Assembly: GCA_051362555.1 (NCBI GenBank) | Contig: CM120640.1 | Span: forward strand, 62,001-126,000 | DNA from: Lingula anatina | Lineage: Eukaryota; Animalia; Brachiopoda | Length of the DNA: 64,000 bases | Direction: 5' to 3' | Part shown: in pieces, positions 53,101-64,000 of the stretch | How positions within the stretch are numbered: the first letter of the stretch is position 1 | How the letters are laid out: every line of letters begins with the position of its first letter | Position numbers and translations under genes: made by a program | The notes under the pieces: generated by a model | Databases searched by the model: none | What the model was told of the DNA's origin: nothing | Seen by the model: the letters and a program-made list of their open reading frames with translations, nothing else

Positions 53101-56100
53101 GCCACTCCCAACTATTGATAATTGTACTGGGACACCACTCCCAACTATTGATAATTATATTGGGACGCCACTCCCAACTATTGATAATTATATTGGGACA
53201 CCACTCCCAACTATTGATTATTATACTTGGACACCACTCCCAACTATTGATAATTATATTGGGACACCACTCCCAACTATTGATTATTATACTTGGACAC
53301 CACTCCCAACTATTGATAATTATTCTGGGACACCACTCCCAACTATTGATTATTATATTAGGACACCACTCCCAACTATGGCACAGCCCCAACCCTGGGA
53401 CAACTCCATCCCAGGGACACTCCCACCCCAGGGACAGCTCCACTCCCAATCTTACCAAACCTACCTAATTATAGGTCTATCAGTCCCCTATGTTTCAAGT
53501 TCCTCTCTCATTTGTCTATGAGGAGATAGGAATTCAGACGGGTAGCATATCAAGATCCCCCACTTTTGTCACAAAAATGCAGGAATAAAGATGCAGAAAT
53601 AAGCATATCAAAGCAGTAAGATTTGAAAACTACCAGTTTCTTTTAGAGTGCTTCTAAACCTGTGTGAAAGCTTTACCAAACAGTTCAAACTGAACTTGGT
53701 AAACCAAAAATAAAGTTCACACAAGATTGAGGTAACACAACACTGCAAGTATGAATAGCTTTGACTTTTATTTTTCAAGCATCTGAATCTGGTAAATCAC
53801 CTGAACTATGCAGCAGTGATCTATTAAATACAAATGTTCAAAGTTCCTCTACTTTACCCATCAATAGCTGGGTGTCTGTCTGTCCCCCTGGCTGCCGTCC
53901 TATGAAAGGCCATCCTGGGACGAGGGAAGACCTGATGAAAACTGACCTGTGGTGGAGGACGACTATTACTAAATACATCTTCATCATGATCCTCTGTTTG
54001 GCGACGTATAGAATCAAGAAATGTCCTTCCCCACAGCTGAAAAAAAAATGGTCACAGTTTTTTTTTTTTTTAAAGATAAAAAAAAGTATTAACCTCAAAA
54101 TATGGAGTCTTTTATGTTTATTTTTATTTACTGTTTTAGTCTACGAACTCCTCGGGATACCAAGAGAATCTAGTCTGGGGTAGCACTAACACTCGCCAAT
54201 TTAGCCTAATGCTAAAACTTACTTAAATTGGCTCAAAAAAAGTAGGGTTGGTTATGACTTGTTTGAGTCAAATTTAAACAATCTGGAGAAAAAAGTGATA
54301 AAAAATAAGTGATTTGACTGAGCAATAACAAATTACTAACATTGCCCAAGCTAATGATCCAAAACAGACAAGATGACCAGCAAATGAACACATTACCTTT
54401 ACATTCCATTAGGACATTCTCTCTGACAAAAAATACATTTACAAATATTTACTGCCCTGCCTTAAATTTCCCTGGCATTTAGCATGGAGTTGATAGATGT
54501 TGCAGAATGAAGAGAGAGGTTCCAAGATATTGAAATTGAAATTACACACAAAGACAACCTATTCAGGATTACATACAAACTTCCAAGAGTTATTTTATTA
54601 ACCTTTCTTTCTTACACATGCACTCCACATATTTACTGGTACACATATAGATCAGACTAAGATTCATCAAATCAGTCACAACTGTTGTTATAGAAATGGT
54701 ATTACCTCTGCCAGCTGATGTGAAGGATCTTGTCTTTCTTCAGATAATGTGCTAAAATGGAATAAAGATAACAGTCAATGTACCATACAGTAATTGCGCC
54801 ATCTTTTCAATGGCAGAAAATTGTTTATTTTACAGATACTGTATTTTTAAGTCATAATATCTTAACATTAAAAGATTCTACTGAATGGTAGCAACAAAAT
54901 TAAAAAGCAGGCTACTAGAGTAGTTTTATTCTATGCAGTAAAAAGCTCCATAAACACCATATAGAAATATAATTTTTGTGATTATAAAATCATGTATCTG
55001 AAAGTTTGATAATATTTGCCCATTGAAAAGATCAAGTCATTACCACAGTACAAAATATATTATACTATGTACCCATAATGAGGAAAGATTTATGGTCCCT
55101 GAATTATAGAGCTAAGAAAGATAGGTAGCATTATGTATTCTCAATTCCTAAAAACTGAAATTCTGCTAGGATGAAGTTTAATATTTCAAACATTTCTTAC
55201 ATAGTTCAAGTTAATCCAAGTGTAAACACTGAAATATTTGCATCACCACAAACTTAATTTACAAACTTCTTAGGCTGTTCAAATATAATTTCTTCATTTT
55301 ATAATAGTCATTTTTCTTAAAGTCCTGGATGGCTTTTAATATAATTTCAGATGGAAAAATCTTCTTTCTGCCTGTTTTTTTGCACCTTGCCAAGGATATG
55401 TTGTAAGATAAAGGTCCTTGCAGAAGCATGGGCACTTACTTGTCTGTAACTGACATTTCCTCTATGAATCCTTCTTCACATCGTGGACAGACATACTCCT
55501 GTAAACAGCAACAAATAATACAATGAATATCACTTATTATGTGTTTGGTTTTCAATTCCTGTCACATAACAGCTTTAAAACAAGTAGTTGACCCCCTCCT
55601 TCGAATAAAAAAGGGGGATATCCACCTCCAGAAACCAAATAGCTACAGGAAAGACCCACAACACTATGGCCTCTTATCCTGATCACCTGAGTCCAGATTT
55701 TTTATACTATAAATCTTAATAGTTGTAAAATAAAATTGACATGGATGATACATCAATACTTGAGTGAGAGATATTAATGAATTCTGATGTGAAATAAAGA
55801 AGATTTTAACGATTTGGAATGTGTGCATTGGTACAGAGTCTTGAATAAACTGTTTCTAAAAGGTCAACGTACAAAATAATACTTGTAGCAATAAACGTTT
55901 TGTAAAGATGAAATAATATTGAAAATAAGGAATTTTTTTACACGAGCAACTCATATCTCGACATATATATACATATACTTTTTATGTTAAACACGTTGTA
56001 AATATAACTCAAGGAACTAATCGCAATCTTAACTTGGTTTGTCAGTTTATTTTATCTGTGTTATGACAGTTATAAGTGTGAGTGACGAAACAGTTTTCCA

Positions 56101-56231
56101 CAAACAGTTTCTAATAAATAAACATAAACAGAATTTATGAATTTACAGCTTACCGGTAATTTCGGAAGTATTTCTACAGAGCAATGATGACAGTAAAACC
56201 TGCTTGGGCTTTCCACTGCTGCTTCGGCCAT
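48212..56231 (-). CDS. RNF115: RNF115/RNF126-family E3 ubiquitin ligase (N-terminal zinc ribbon + RING-H2), 9 coding exons
   Basis: Exons 56154-56231 (MAEAAVESPSRFYCHHC), 55440-55498 (EYVCPRCEEGFIEE), 54706-54751, 53858-54036, 50170-50235, 49903-49972 (HGNPGDYAWGSGGLDAIITQ), 49612-49705 (LLNQLEGVGPPPA), 49191-49306 (CSVC..C.H..H..C...W), 48212-48388 (HGTCPVCR..stop). Phases are consistent. Probably co-orthologous to RNF115 and RNF126. Confidence 0.92.
48560..49135 (-). mobile_element. Degenerate LINE (CR1/L2-type) reverse-transcriptase fragment in the last RNF115 intron
   Basis: CGVPQGPILGPLMFLLFINDLP...SADDTTL (decayed GVPQGS.LGP and YADD motifs). Confidence 0.85.
50332..53378. repeat. 30-bp minisatellite in two blocks (50332-51368, 52647-53378) split by a transposon
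   Basis: CCACTCCCAACTATTGATAATTATACTGGGACA variants. Confidence 0.93.
51369..52646. mobile_element. Non-autonomous DNA transposon, CAGTCTG...CAGACTG ends, 6-bp target duplication
   Basis: CAACTA duplicated at 51363-51368 and 52647-52652; subterminal palindromes CTAGCCCGAA(C)GGGCTAG at both ends; splits a 30-bp minisatellite. Confidence 0.85.
54175..54325 (+). repeat. Dispersed repeat, copy A (related copy at 57295-57435)
   Basis: Shared blocks TAGCACTAACACT, TGACTTGTTT..GTCAAATTTAAAC, TGGAGAAAAAAGTGATAAAAAAT. Confidence 0.65.
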
Positions 56232-56450
56232 CTTCCTGTGTTTCAAGTATGACGTCAAGGTGAAGGTCACATGATTTCAATCTCGGTAAAAAATTGGGTC
56301 ACGTGACCAAACATTCCGGCCATTTTGAAATGACAAATGGTGAAATGTTGACATTTTTGTCAGCTGATTTTTCTTAAGAAAGGACTGCCGCTGGTAGAAA
56401 TGATGCTGTAATCTTAGCGGGAATTGGATAACATAATTTATTATAGCATA
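56232..56450. promoter_or_regulatory. Compact bidirectional promoter RNF115 / ARL15
   Basis: ATGs 220 bp apart, head-to-head. Contains CRE TGACGTCA (56250-56257), GTCACATGA (about 56267), the perfect palindrome GGTCACGTGACC (56297-56308) and ETS/YY1-like TTCCGGCCATTTT (about 56314-56326). Confidence 0.75.
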
Positions 56451-57791
56451 ATGTCTATTGTTTTAGAATATTTGCAGCTTGGGTGTGCTTTTTGTAGAAT
56501 ATCTATTTACACAGTAAGTACAGACAGGTAGCTCTAAGTTTGTATTAATTCACTCGAAGAATTAATTTGATCACTAGATCAAAAAAATCTTTGTCATTTA
56601 TTCCTTTAATAAAGAAAAAAGAGAATTTAAGTGTAAAAAATGGAATCCCCGAGAAGAATTTCATGAGCTGTGTTATGGTTTAAGAATAATTTATTTTCAA
56701 TCAAATATTGGAGGTACAATGTATATCATTTCAATATAGAGCTGTTAATTGAACAAAAAAATTTATTCTTAAAAATGGAATTGTCTGACTTTTGCCAGTG
56801 TATAATAAGCACCATAAAATGGCTTTAGTGCATATACGTTATGTATATAAATTATCATAATGTAAATTGTAATATTCTAATAATAATAATATGATTGAAA
56901 ACTGATGGCCATAAATACATGTAAATCTTTATTTCTGACATGAGTCGAATATATTACAATGCAGTAATGAATGCAATTGAAAAGAGCGGTGAAAAGAGAC
57001 AATATAAAAAAATATATATCCATGAGCTCCAACATACATATTTTTTTCATTTTATGCCCACAGTTGTTCCGCAGACTGTGCTGTAGGAGCCCACCCCCTC
57101 CCAGACCTGAGATCTCTGTGGTTTGTATTGGTCTAGCTAAGGCAGGAAAGAGCACACTTCTGGCATTGATTAGTGGTGAAAGTACACAAGATATACAGCC
57201 TACTATAGGTATGTCCAAGTATATGTTACTATGGTAATACATTCTTCCTATTATCATATTGATTACATTATATTTTCATTGGTTTTAGACTGATCTTGGT
57301 TAGCACTAACACTTCCATATATACTGTAGCCAAATGCTCAAACAGACTTGATTGAGTTGATTTGACTTGTTTTGGTCAAATTTAAACCACTTGGAGAAAA
57401 AAAGTGATAAAAAATTAGAGATTTGGCTATGCAAAAAATATTGCCAGGGCTACCACAGCTGATGCATTGTCAAATAGGTATCAAATTTCCATAAAGTTTT
57501 AATAAGCATATCTTATGTTCAATTTATTTTCATTCTTCAGGTTTCAGCATAAAAGCACTTCAATTCAAAAACTGCATTTTGAATGTGAAAGAAATTGGAG
57601 GTATGTTGTACTTTATATGCCAGATTAAGGTAATTAAATATTTCAGAAAAGTGAAATATATTCTGTTTCATTTCTTAAATTTGTTAAACTTAGGTCTATA
57701 CTTTTAGCAAATGCACAAAGGGATTAGAAAATACCTTGTAGTTCCTCTTAAATGATGGGATATTACTTCTTTGTAATTCCTTAATAAAGAG

Positions 57792-57861
<70 letters not shown>

Positions 57862-59453
57862 GGAAGTAATAAAAATTGTTCTTTATTTTCATGTTAAAAA
57901 TGTCCTTTTAGGTGGTGAAGGTGTTCGTCCATACTGGAAGCATTATTTCAGTGGTGCCAAAGGGATTATATTTGTTCTGGATAGTGCCTGCCCAGAATCT
58001 GATCTAGAGATAGTGAAGACAGAATTGAGTAATGCATTGGCCAACCCAACACTAGACAAGTTACCTTTACTGGTGTTAGCATGTCACCAAGAGAAAGATG
58101 GTGCTAGAAGCATTGAACAGGTAAAAATGTCACCCTTACATATATTGATATTAGGATTATAACATATTGTCCTTCAAGTACTTAGTAGTCAGGCTTGCAC
58201 CAACATGTCATAAACTTTATGAATGCAAAACTTCTTACAAGACTTGCATTAAAAATAAGACAGCAAAACTGTAAAATGTACAGGCATTTAACAGAAAATA
58301 ACTAAAAAAAGGTATTAGAACTGACACAGTTTGCCTTTTATGAAGTTTACCATATGGCAGTGCACTTTTAAAAAAATTGTCAATTTTGGTGTTATGTTAC
58401 ATAACACTAAGCAGTATAATCATCACCAATTTTTACATTCACCAAGAAGATTATGTTTTCACTTTTATTTGTCTTTCTGTTTGTAACAAGCCTTATACAA
58501 TGTTATGGATGGATTTTAATGAATTGTTTTAGTATTTGTTAGAAATGGACATATTTTAAGGTGATGAAAATTTAGTGGTGATAAGTTATCCAGATAGTTA
58601 TTTTTATCCAATAAATTTTTTGAGCTTTCGTCATCATTGTGAGACCTATTGTGCAATAAATTTGCTCTCAGCTACCAATATTTATCAGTGTATAGTCCTT
58701 GGAGGGGGTCTACACTCTGAGTGCTTTTTTGGTTAATTTTGTACTACAAAGAACATGGAACCTCAGAAAATGTAGCTAGCACAAGGCTTCTTACCCATGG
58801 GAGGTCAGAGACACACATTGCAAAAATGTAAAATTGTATTACTTCAGTAAAAAGACTCAAGTCAGACTGGTTTTCAATCTCAAGCTATATCTAAGTCCTA
58901 AAAGTCACTTTGGACAGTAAGTTTAAGGTTGTCTAATGGTTATCTACTTACTGTGTTTACTGCGAAAAGTGTGGAATTGATTTAGCAACAAGAAATGACA
59001 CAGGTGATGGCTGTTTGGGCAAAGAAAACATTCTGTACTTACTAGCATTTTAAAAGATTTTATTCCTTTGTACATGTTGCTTGATTAGATGAATTGTATA
59101 GCCATTATAAGTCTTGCATACATTATAATTATTATATTTCTGATTCAAAATCAACTGTGGGATTTTTTAATATACTGTACAATATGGTAGTTAAAACTAA
59201 ACATGGAACTGTGTCAGTATTAATATTTATGTAAATGCATCACTCTGAATTTCAGTTGAAAAAAGAGCTAGAGCTGGAGTTTCATGGTGAAGGGAGAGCA
59301 TGGCTGATACACCCCTGTAGCTTGAATGATCTCCGTGGAATCAAGGAAGGCTTTGAGAACTTTAACCAGTATCTGCTTGGAGAGAAATCGGTGGAGGGGG
59401 ATCAGACACCCAGAGAACAAGGACAATCAGAAGACATTCCAGGCAGAATTTAA
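56451..59453 (+). CDS. ARL15: ADP-ribosylation factor-like protein 15, 5 coding exons
   Basis: Exons 56451-56513, 57064-57208 (FRRLCCRSPPPPRPE..GLAKAGKS), 57541-57600 (FSIKA..LNVKEIG), 57912-58120 (VRPYWKHYF..IFVLDSA), 59256-59453 (WLIHPCSL..stop). The CC-PPP N-terminus and the KE(I/L)GG G3 variant are characteristic of ARL15. Confidence 0.92.
57295..57435 (+). repeat. Dispersed repeat, copy B
   Basis: Same blocks and orientation as 54175-54325. Confidence 0.65.
58430..58730 (+). mobile_element. Degenerate HINE/DINE-like element
   Basis: CCAAGAAGATTATGTTTTCAC..TGTTTG..ATGGATGGATTTTAATGAA..CTTGGAGGGGGTCTACACTCTGAGTGC layout; resembles 63710-64000. Confidence 0.5.
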
Positions 59454-59536
59454 ATCTGTGATACCTTATAATATAAGCTGTAGGCATTAAGCTTTTGCTG
59501 GGCCTCTCTCTCTGGTCACAACACATATTTAGTTTA

Positions 59537-61328
59537 CACTAGCGGGCCTGATTTGGTCTTAAAGTGCAATTTAAGACTAAAACTAGACTGAGGCGATCTT
59601 AAAACTTAAGGAGGGACTCTTAATTTGATCTTAAGACTAAAAACGAACTGAAAGTCCAGTGAGTAAGACTATAATTGGTCTGAAGTGGTAAAGCAATTAT
59701 CTCCCCTCACACATTCAGTCCAAACTTGGACTGGGGCTCCAGCCAGACAGCTGAAGATAGCAATCAAGTGGAGGGCCATTGTATGAGAGCATTGTATGTA
59801 GCAGAGACGAGCATTGAAGTGCACCTGAACAAGAGAGATAAAAAGAGGATGAAAAGTCAGGGATTGGTGTTTAAGAAGCCATATAACTTTGGTCGTCTAC
59901 AAAATTGGAAGCATTTCTGGGGCCTAAGAGATGGAATATCTTTTATTCGACATGTATTGTTTCCATCAAGACACAAACCTATAGGAAATGGAATCACATG
60001 GGAAACGGCAACATATAAAATAGAAAAAGAGTTACACGATATCTGATATTAAAATCATTAGTAACTTTTAATGAAGTAGCTTTAGCATTATTTTGAGATA
60101 AATGTGATGGATTACAAAAGAAGCAAATGTGGAGGAGCACAACTTCCCAGATTGAATTTTTATGTCAAGTGTAATAAGATGACCTTAGATTTTATCTTTT
60201 CTTTTAGAGGAACTGCTTGTTAGAATTTTGCGTAGAAAAGATGGCATTTCCAAGGGATTAATTATGACCAGTGTGACCCATTTTAAACTTATTTTAGAAA
60301 TAACAGTATAGTATATTAAATGTATGTCTTTTAGACCATTCTTTCTTCACTTCAGATAAAATGCAATTTTTGAGCAGTATTTATCTAAAAAGAATAGTAA
60401 TTTTCACCTACTCATTAGTTATTGTTAAACCTGCTCCTGCTATTGGATTTTTCATTTTAGGCCTTTTTAATCAAATACTTTTAGTTCTAATTGTTCACCA
60501 TAATGACTGTTTAAATGGCCACATCTGTTAATTGGGATTTTCATAATTTTCAAGGTCTGAATTGGAAACAAAAGTACCTTTATAGAATGTGCAGACAGTA
60601 ATGTTTACTTTCCAGCATTTTCAAATGAAAAAAATATACTTTTAAGAATGAAGTTACGTGCCTCAAGGACAGATCATAGGGTGTTAAAAGGAAAATCTAA
60701 TATCTAGACAGCAAAATTATGTAAAAGAAATACATTATTATTTGAAGTATTACCATGGCATCTCATCTCTCTATGAGTAGCAAAGGGTGGTCTCTTGTCA
60801 ACCAAGTGCTAATTGCCTGATTGATTAGGGCGATTCAGACACTATCTCAGATAATTTCTAAAGCAAGGAAAGACTTGGTTGTAGAAGTACTAGTGCAGCA
60901 TACTTTCAATGTTGTTTTGAATGAAATCTTTCTTTTTTCTTTCTTTTTTGATTTTGCTTTCTTGCTAAAGGGTGACTCAAAGAAAGAAAGAAAAAAGAAA
61001 GTAAGACTTCCTTCAAAAGCAAAAGTCAAGAAAAATATTGTCGCCTCAGACTAGTTTAGTCTTAAATTGCACTTTAAGACCAAATCAGGCCTGCTAGTCC
61101 ACTCTTTCTTTGAGTCCTGACAGAATGGTTGATTGAGGGAATGCACTATTTACTTAGTAGGTAAGTGTCACATTAACTCAGTTGTATCTTGTTTTAAAAA
61201 TTAAAATTACATTTCAGTTCGTTTTTAGTCTTAAGATCAAAGTAGGAGTCCCTCCTTAAGCTTTAAGATCGCCTCAGCCTAGTTTTAGTCTTAAATTGCA
61301 CTTTAAAACCAAATCAGGCCCACTAGTG
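59537..61328. mobile_element. Non-autonomous CACTA (EnSpm/CMC) transposon carrying host-gene cargo (Pack-CACTA)
   Basis: Termini CACTA...TAGTG; about 117-bp imperfect TIRs at 59537-59653 and 61212-61328; TTA on both sides (59534-59536, 61329-61331); repeated TAAGACTAAAA sub-motifs; no transposase ORF. Confidence 0.88.
59801..60046 (+). pseudogene. ZDHHC16: Captured 3' fragment of a ZDHHC16-like palmitoyltransferase, followed by probable 3' UTR sequence
   Basis: AETSIEVHLNKRDKKRMKSQGLVFKKPYNFGRLQNWKHFWG..RHVLFPSRHKPIGNGITW matches the ZDHHC16 C-terminus as I recall it (GETSIERHINK..VFRNPYNYG..NWK..LLPS.H.P.GNG.SW), including TTxE- and PaCCT-type motifs. No DHHC domain or upstream exons are nearby. 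Confidence 0.8.
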
Positions 61329-62216
61329 TTACTTACATGTCTTGTTGACAGTGGAAATATCTTGCTAGGAGATTGATAACTGTAAGGCACACGTTTTAGT
61401 TGTCAATAAGAATAGTAATAATTCATTTCTTAAACCCCCCCTACACATGCATCTCAGTGCTGTTTACATGTTTACACATGTCATTATGTACATGCATTTA
61501 AAGTTTTTTTTTGTGTGTGTGAATGACAATTAAGTAAGGAGAGAAATTCACAGTATTATTTCAGCAGTCTTTTAGTGAATCAGGGAAATTTAATTTTAGG
61601 GTGGTATCAAATATTAATAAAAATATATTGGTAAACAAGCTCCACGTATCACATCAGCTGATAGATATACCTTCTTTTTGTGCCATAAATGGTCAAAATT
61701 GCTCAGTCTTTTTTCAATTTAATAGTATATGATAGCACATGATGCTTATATTTACAGTATATATGTGCTAAATATAATGCACCAAAATTACTGTTTTGAA
61801 TTTAAGCACAATTTTTGTGAAAATTCCTTAGTTTAAACACTAATGTTTTTTGTATAATGTGTTTAAATTGGTGGATATATGGTGAAAAAATAAGGAAAAA
61901 AAGGGAAAGTGTTACAGCATACAAAATACTGTTTATTGTGCACTCAAACATAACTGAACTTAAAGATTGAGCATTTGTCCTATTGATGATTTAACTGCAT
62001 CTCATTTTGTAAAATTTTAATGTATTGTTGACATATATGTTGCTGTTTTGTTTAGAGCAATAGGAGTGACCTAATGCTTGAATTTTGTGCTACTTTTATT
62101 TAATGCAATATATATTTATCATGTCTACATAACATAAAATATAATTTGATATGTTATCAAACATGAATTGCAAGCCTAAGTAATATATTGTCAATACAAT
62201 AGATATGTCAATAGAT

Positions 62217-62540
62217 GGATATTATCAAAACATCTTACTTTTAGTACACAGATTACTGGTTAGGATATTATCAAAACATGTTACTTTTAGTACACAGATT
62301 ACTGGTTAGGATATTATCAAAACATGTTACTTTTAGTACACAGATTACTGGTTAGGATATTATCAAAACATGTTACTTTTAGTACACAGATTACTGGTTA
62401 GGATATTATCAAAACATCTTACTTTTAGTACACAGAGTACTGGTTAGGATATTATCAAAACATCTTACTTTTAGAGCATAGATTACTAGTTAGGATATTA
62501 TCAAAACATGTTACTTTTAGAGCATAGATTACTAGTTAGG
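62217..62540. repeat. 46-bp tandem repeat, 7 copies
   Basis: GGATATTATCAAAACATGTTACTTTTAGTACACAGATTACTGGTTA. Confidence 0.92.
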
Positions 62541-63709
62541 TTGTATTCAATACAAGGTGCAGGACTGAATGGCAAAGCTCAGTTTGACTTTGGAAATCAG
62601 TACATTAATGTACTATCATAAATTTTGTAAAGATGGTTTTAAATTTAACTTTGATACATAAATGGCAAGTGGGCCATGCCTGATTTAATATTTTGTAAGT
62701 CTACCGGTAACTTGTTTTTTAAGAATGACTATTCCTTTATCATCTTTTTTTTTAGCTATATTTTTGTAGAGTTTTCTAAATATCTTATTTGTGACTTAGT
62801 TTTGATTTGGAAAGGAGACTGGAAGATATAGAGTCAAGATAGAAAATGGAAAATCACATTTAATAAAGTACTAGTTGTGTCTAAAGTACTCATAAGAAGC
62901 ATTTCAATACATGTAAGATGTTGATTGTTGTGGCAGGTACTGTAGATCTGAAATTTATCAGTATTGTTGGCTAAGGACCAGTTCATTTCATGACCCACAT
63001 TGTTAGCATGTTCTGTAGTCTGTCTTTAGTTCAATAAATGTGATTGGTGGTACACATGGCTCATTTCTCCCAGAACATTACTGGTAGTATTTCTCAACTT
63101 GTATTTGTGGCCATTTTAAGATGGTGATGTAAATTATGTCAAAATCTTGAGATGTAAATCTTTGTTAAAAATTTTTTTTCATGCTTTTCATTGTATTATG
63201 TTACAGTAGTGACTATGCAGACAAAGTAATATTTTCTGCTAATAAGTGATTAAGGCACTATTTTTGTGGGAGAAGTATGTTGTAAGTCTTTTTGTGGCTA
63301 TTGCTAGTAATAAATGTACTTGTCATATTTCACTTTTATATTACTATAGCCAATTCCCAAAACGGATAAATTTTTTTTTTCAAAACTATCTGCACACAAA
63401 GTATTACTTTTAGTTTAAAACTATCTGTACACAAACTATAACTTTAGTTTCAAATTTGGGTCACAGGAAAACTAATCTATTGAAGGCTATTGTAAATCCG
63501 TTTTGTAAAGAAATCACAGTGACTGAAAGTGATATGAAACAGTAATTAAAAAGTGATGCAAATGCCCCTGTATTACAAACTATGTGTGTGTGTCACGGAT
63601 ACGATTCCAATGTTACCCTTTCTATGGAATGACCCTGCCAAATAATTTTTTCTTAAACACGTTTCAGAAGCATACTGCAGCAGCATAAATTTTAGGGTAG
63701 GTCATTACT

Positions 63710-64000
63710 AGTATTTCCCGACTCAGTCAAAAAGGTTATGAATTTACTAGTACCCCCTCCCTCTTTTGACCAGTTTGTCTTTTGTTTGTTTGTCACCAGC
63801 CAAAAATCAAACAGTTGTGGACGAATTTTGCTGAAAATTTCAGGATAGGTCAAAATCTTTTAAGTGATTATCGTTAGGCGGTGATCAGGATGATCATCAG
63901 GATCCAAGAAAGGTTTCTCCACCATTGCAAGAAAGGGCAGTGATGTCCATAATCTGTTGTGTAGCGAATGTGCCTTTAAATACCACAATTTAATTGTACA
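63710..64000 (+). mobile_element. Degenerate HINE/DINE-like element running off the right edge
   Basis: AGGTTATG..(TTTG)n..GGACGAATTTT..GGTGATCAGGAT..GGATCCA pattern shared with 58430-58730. Confidence 0.45.

Noticed and set aside
50322-53521. Long ORFs (327, 308, 295 aa) with TPLPTIDNY repeats resembling ice-binding or adhesive proteins
   Set aside because: Translations of a 30-bp minisatellite inside an RNF115 intron, open in several frames and on both strands.
59726-60046. ORF as an independent intact gene, or functionally linked to ARL15 palmitoylation
   Set aside because: It has only the C-terminal tail, lacks the DHHC domain and lies inside TIRs. Adjacency to a palmitoylated GTPase is most likely coincidence.

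Overview
AT-rich, intron-rich animal genomic DNA, probably an invertebrate (the repeat types look mollusc-like; this is inference). Three spliced host genes could be rebuilt exon by exon. (1) A class IX myosin (Myo9: RA, motor, IQ, C1, RhoGAP) on the minus strand, with about 39 coding exons from 38850 down to 148, running off the left edge. (2) An RNF115/RNF126-type RING-H2 E3 ligase on the minus strand (56231-48212). (3) ARL15 on the plus strand (56451-59453), head-to-head with the RING gene. Two things stand out. First, at least 17 Myo9 exon-intron junctions (14 donors, 3 acceptors) are themselves tandemly duplicated, 2 to about 31 copies, so introns are filled with exon-end plus splice-site copies; some are in frame and some have lost the GT. 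Second, a 1.8-kb non-autonomous CACTA transposon (117-bp TIRs, TTA target duplication) sits just after the ARL15 stop and carries an uninterrupted 3' fragment of a ZDHHC16-like gene, i.e. an animal Pack-CACTA. Several MITEs, Helentron-like elements, a LINE fragment and many minisatellites are also present. All coordinates were read by eye; no alignments or database searches were run.
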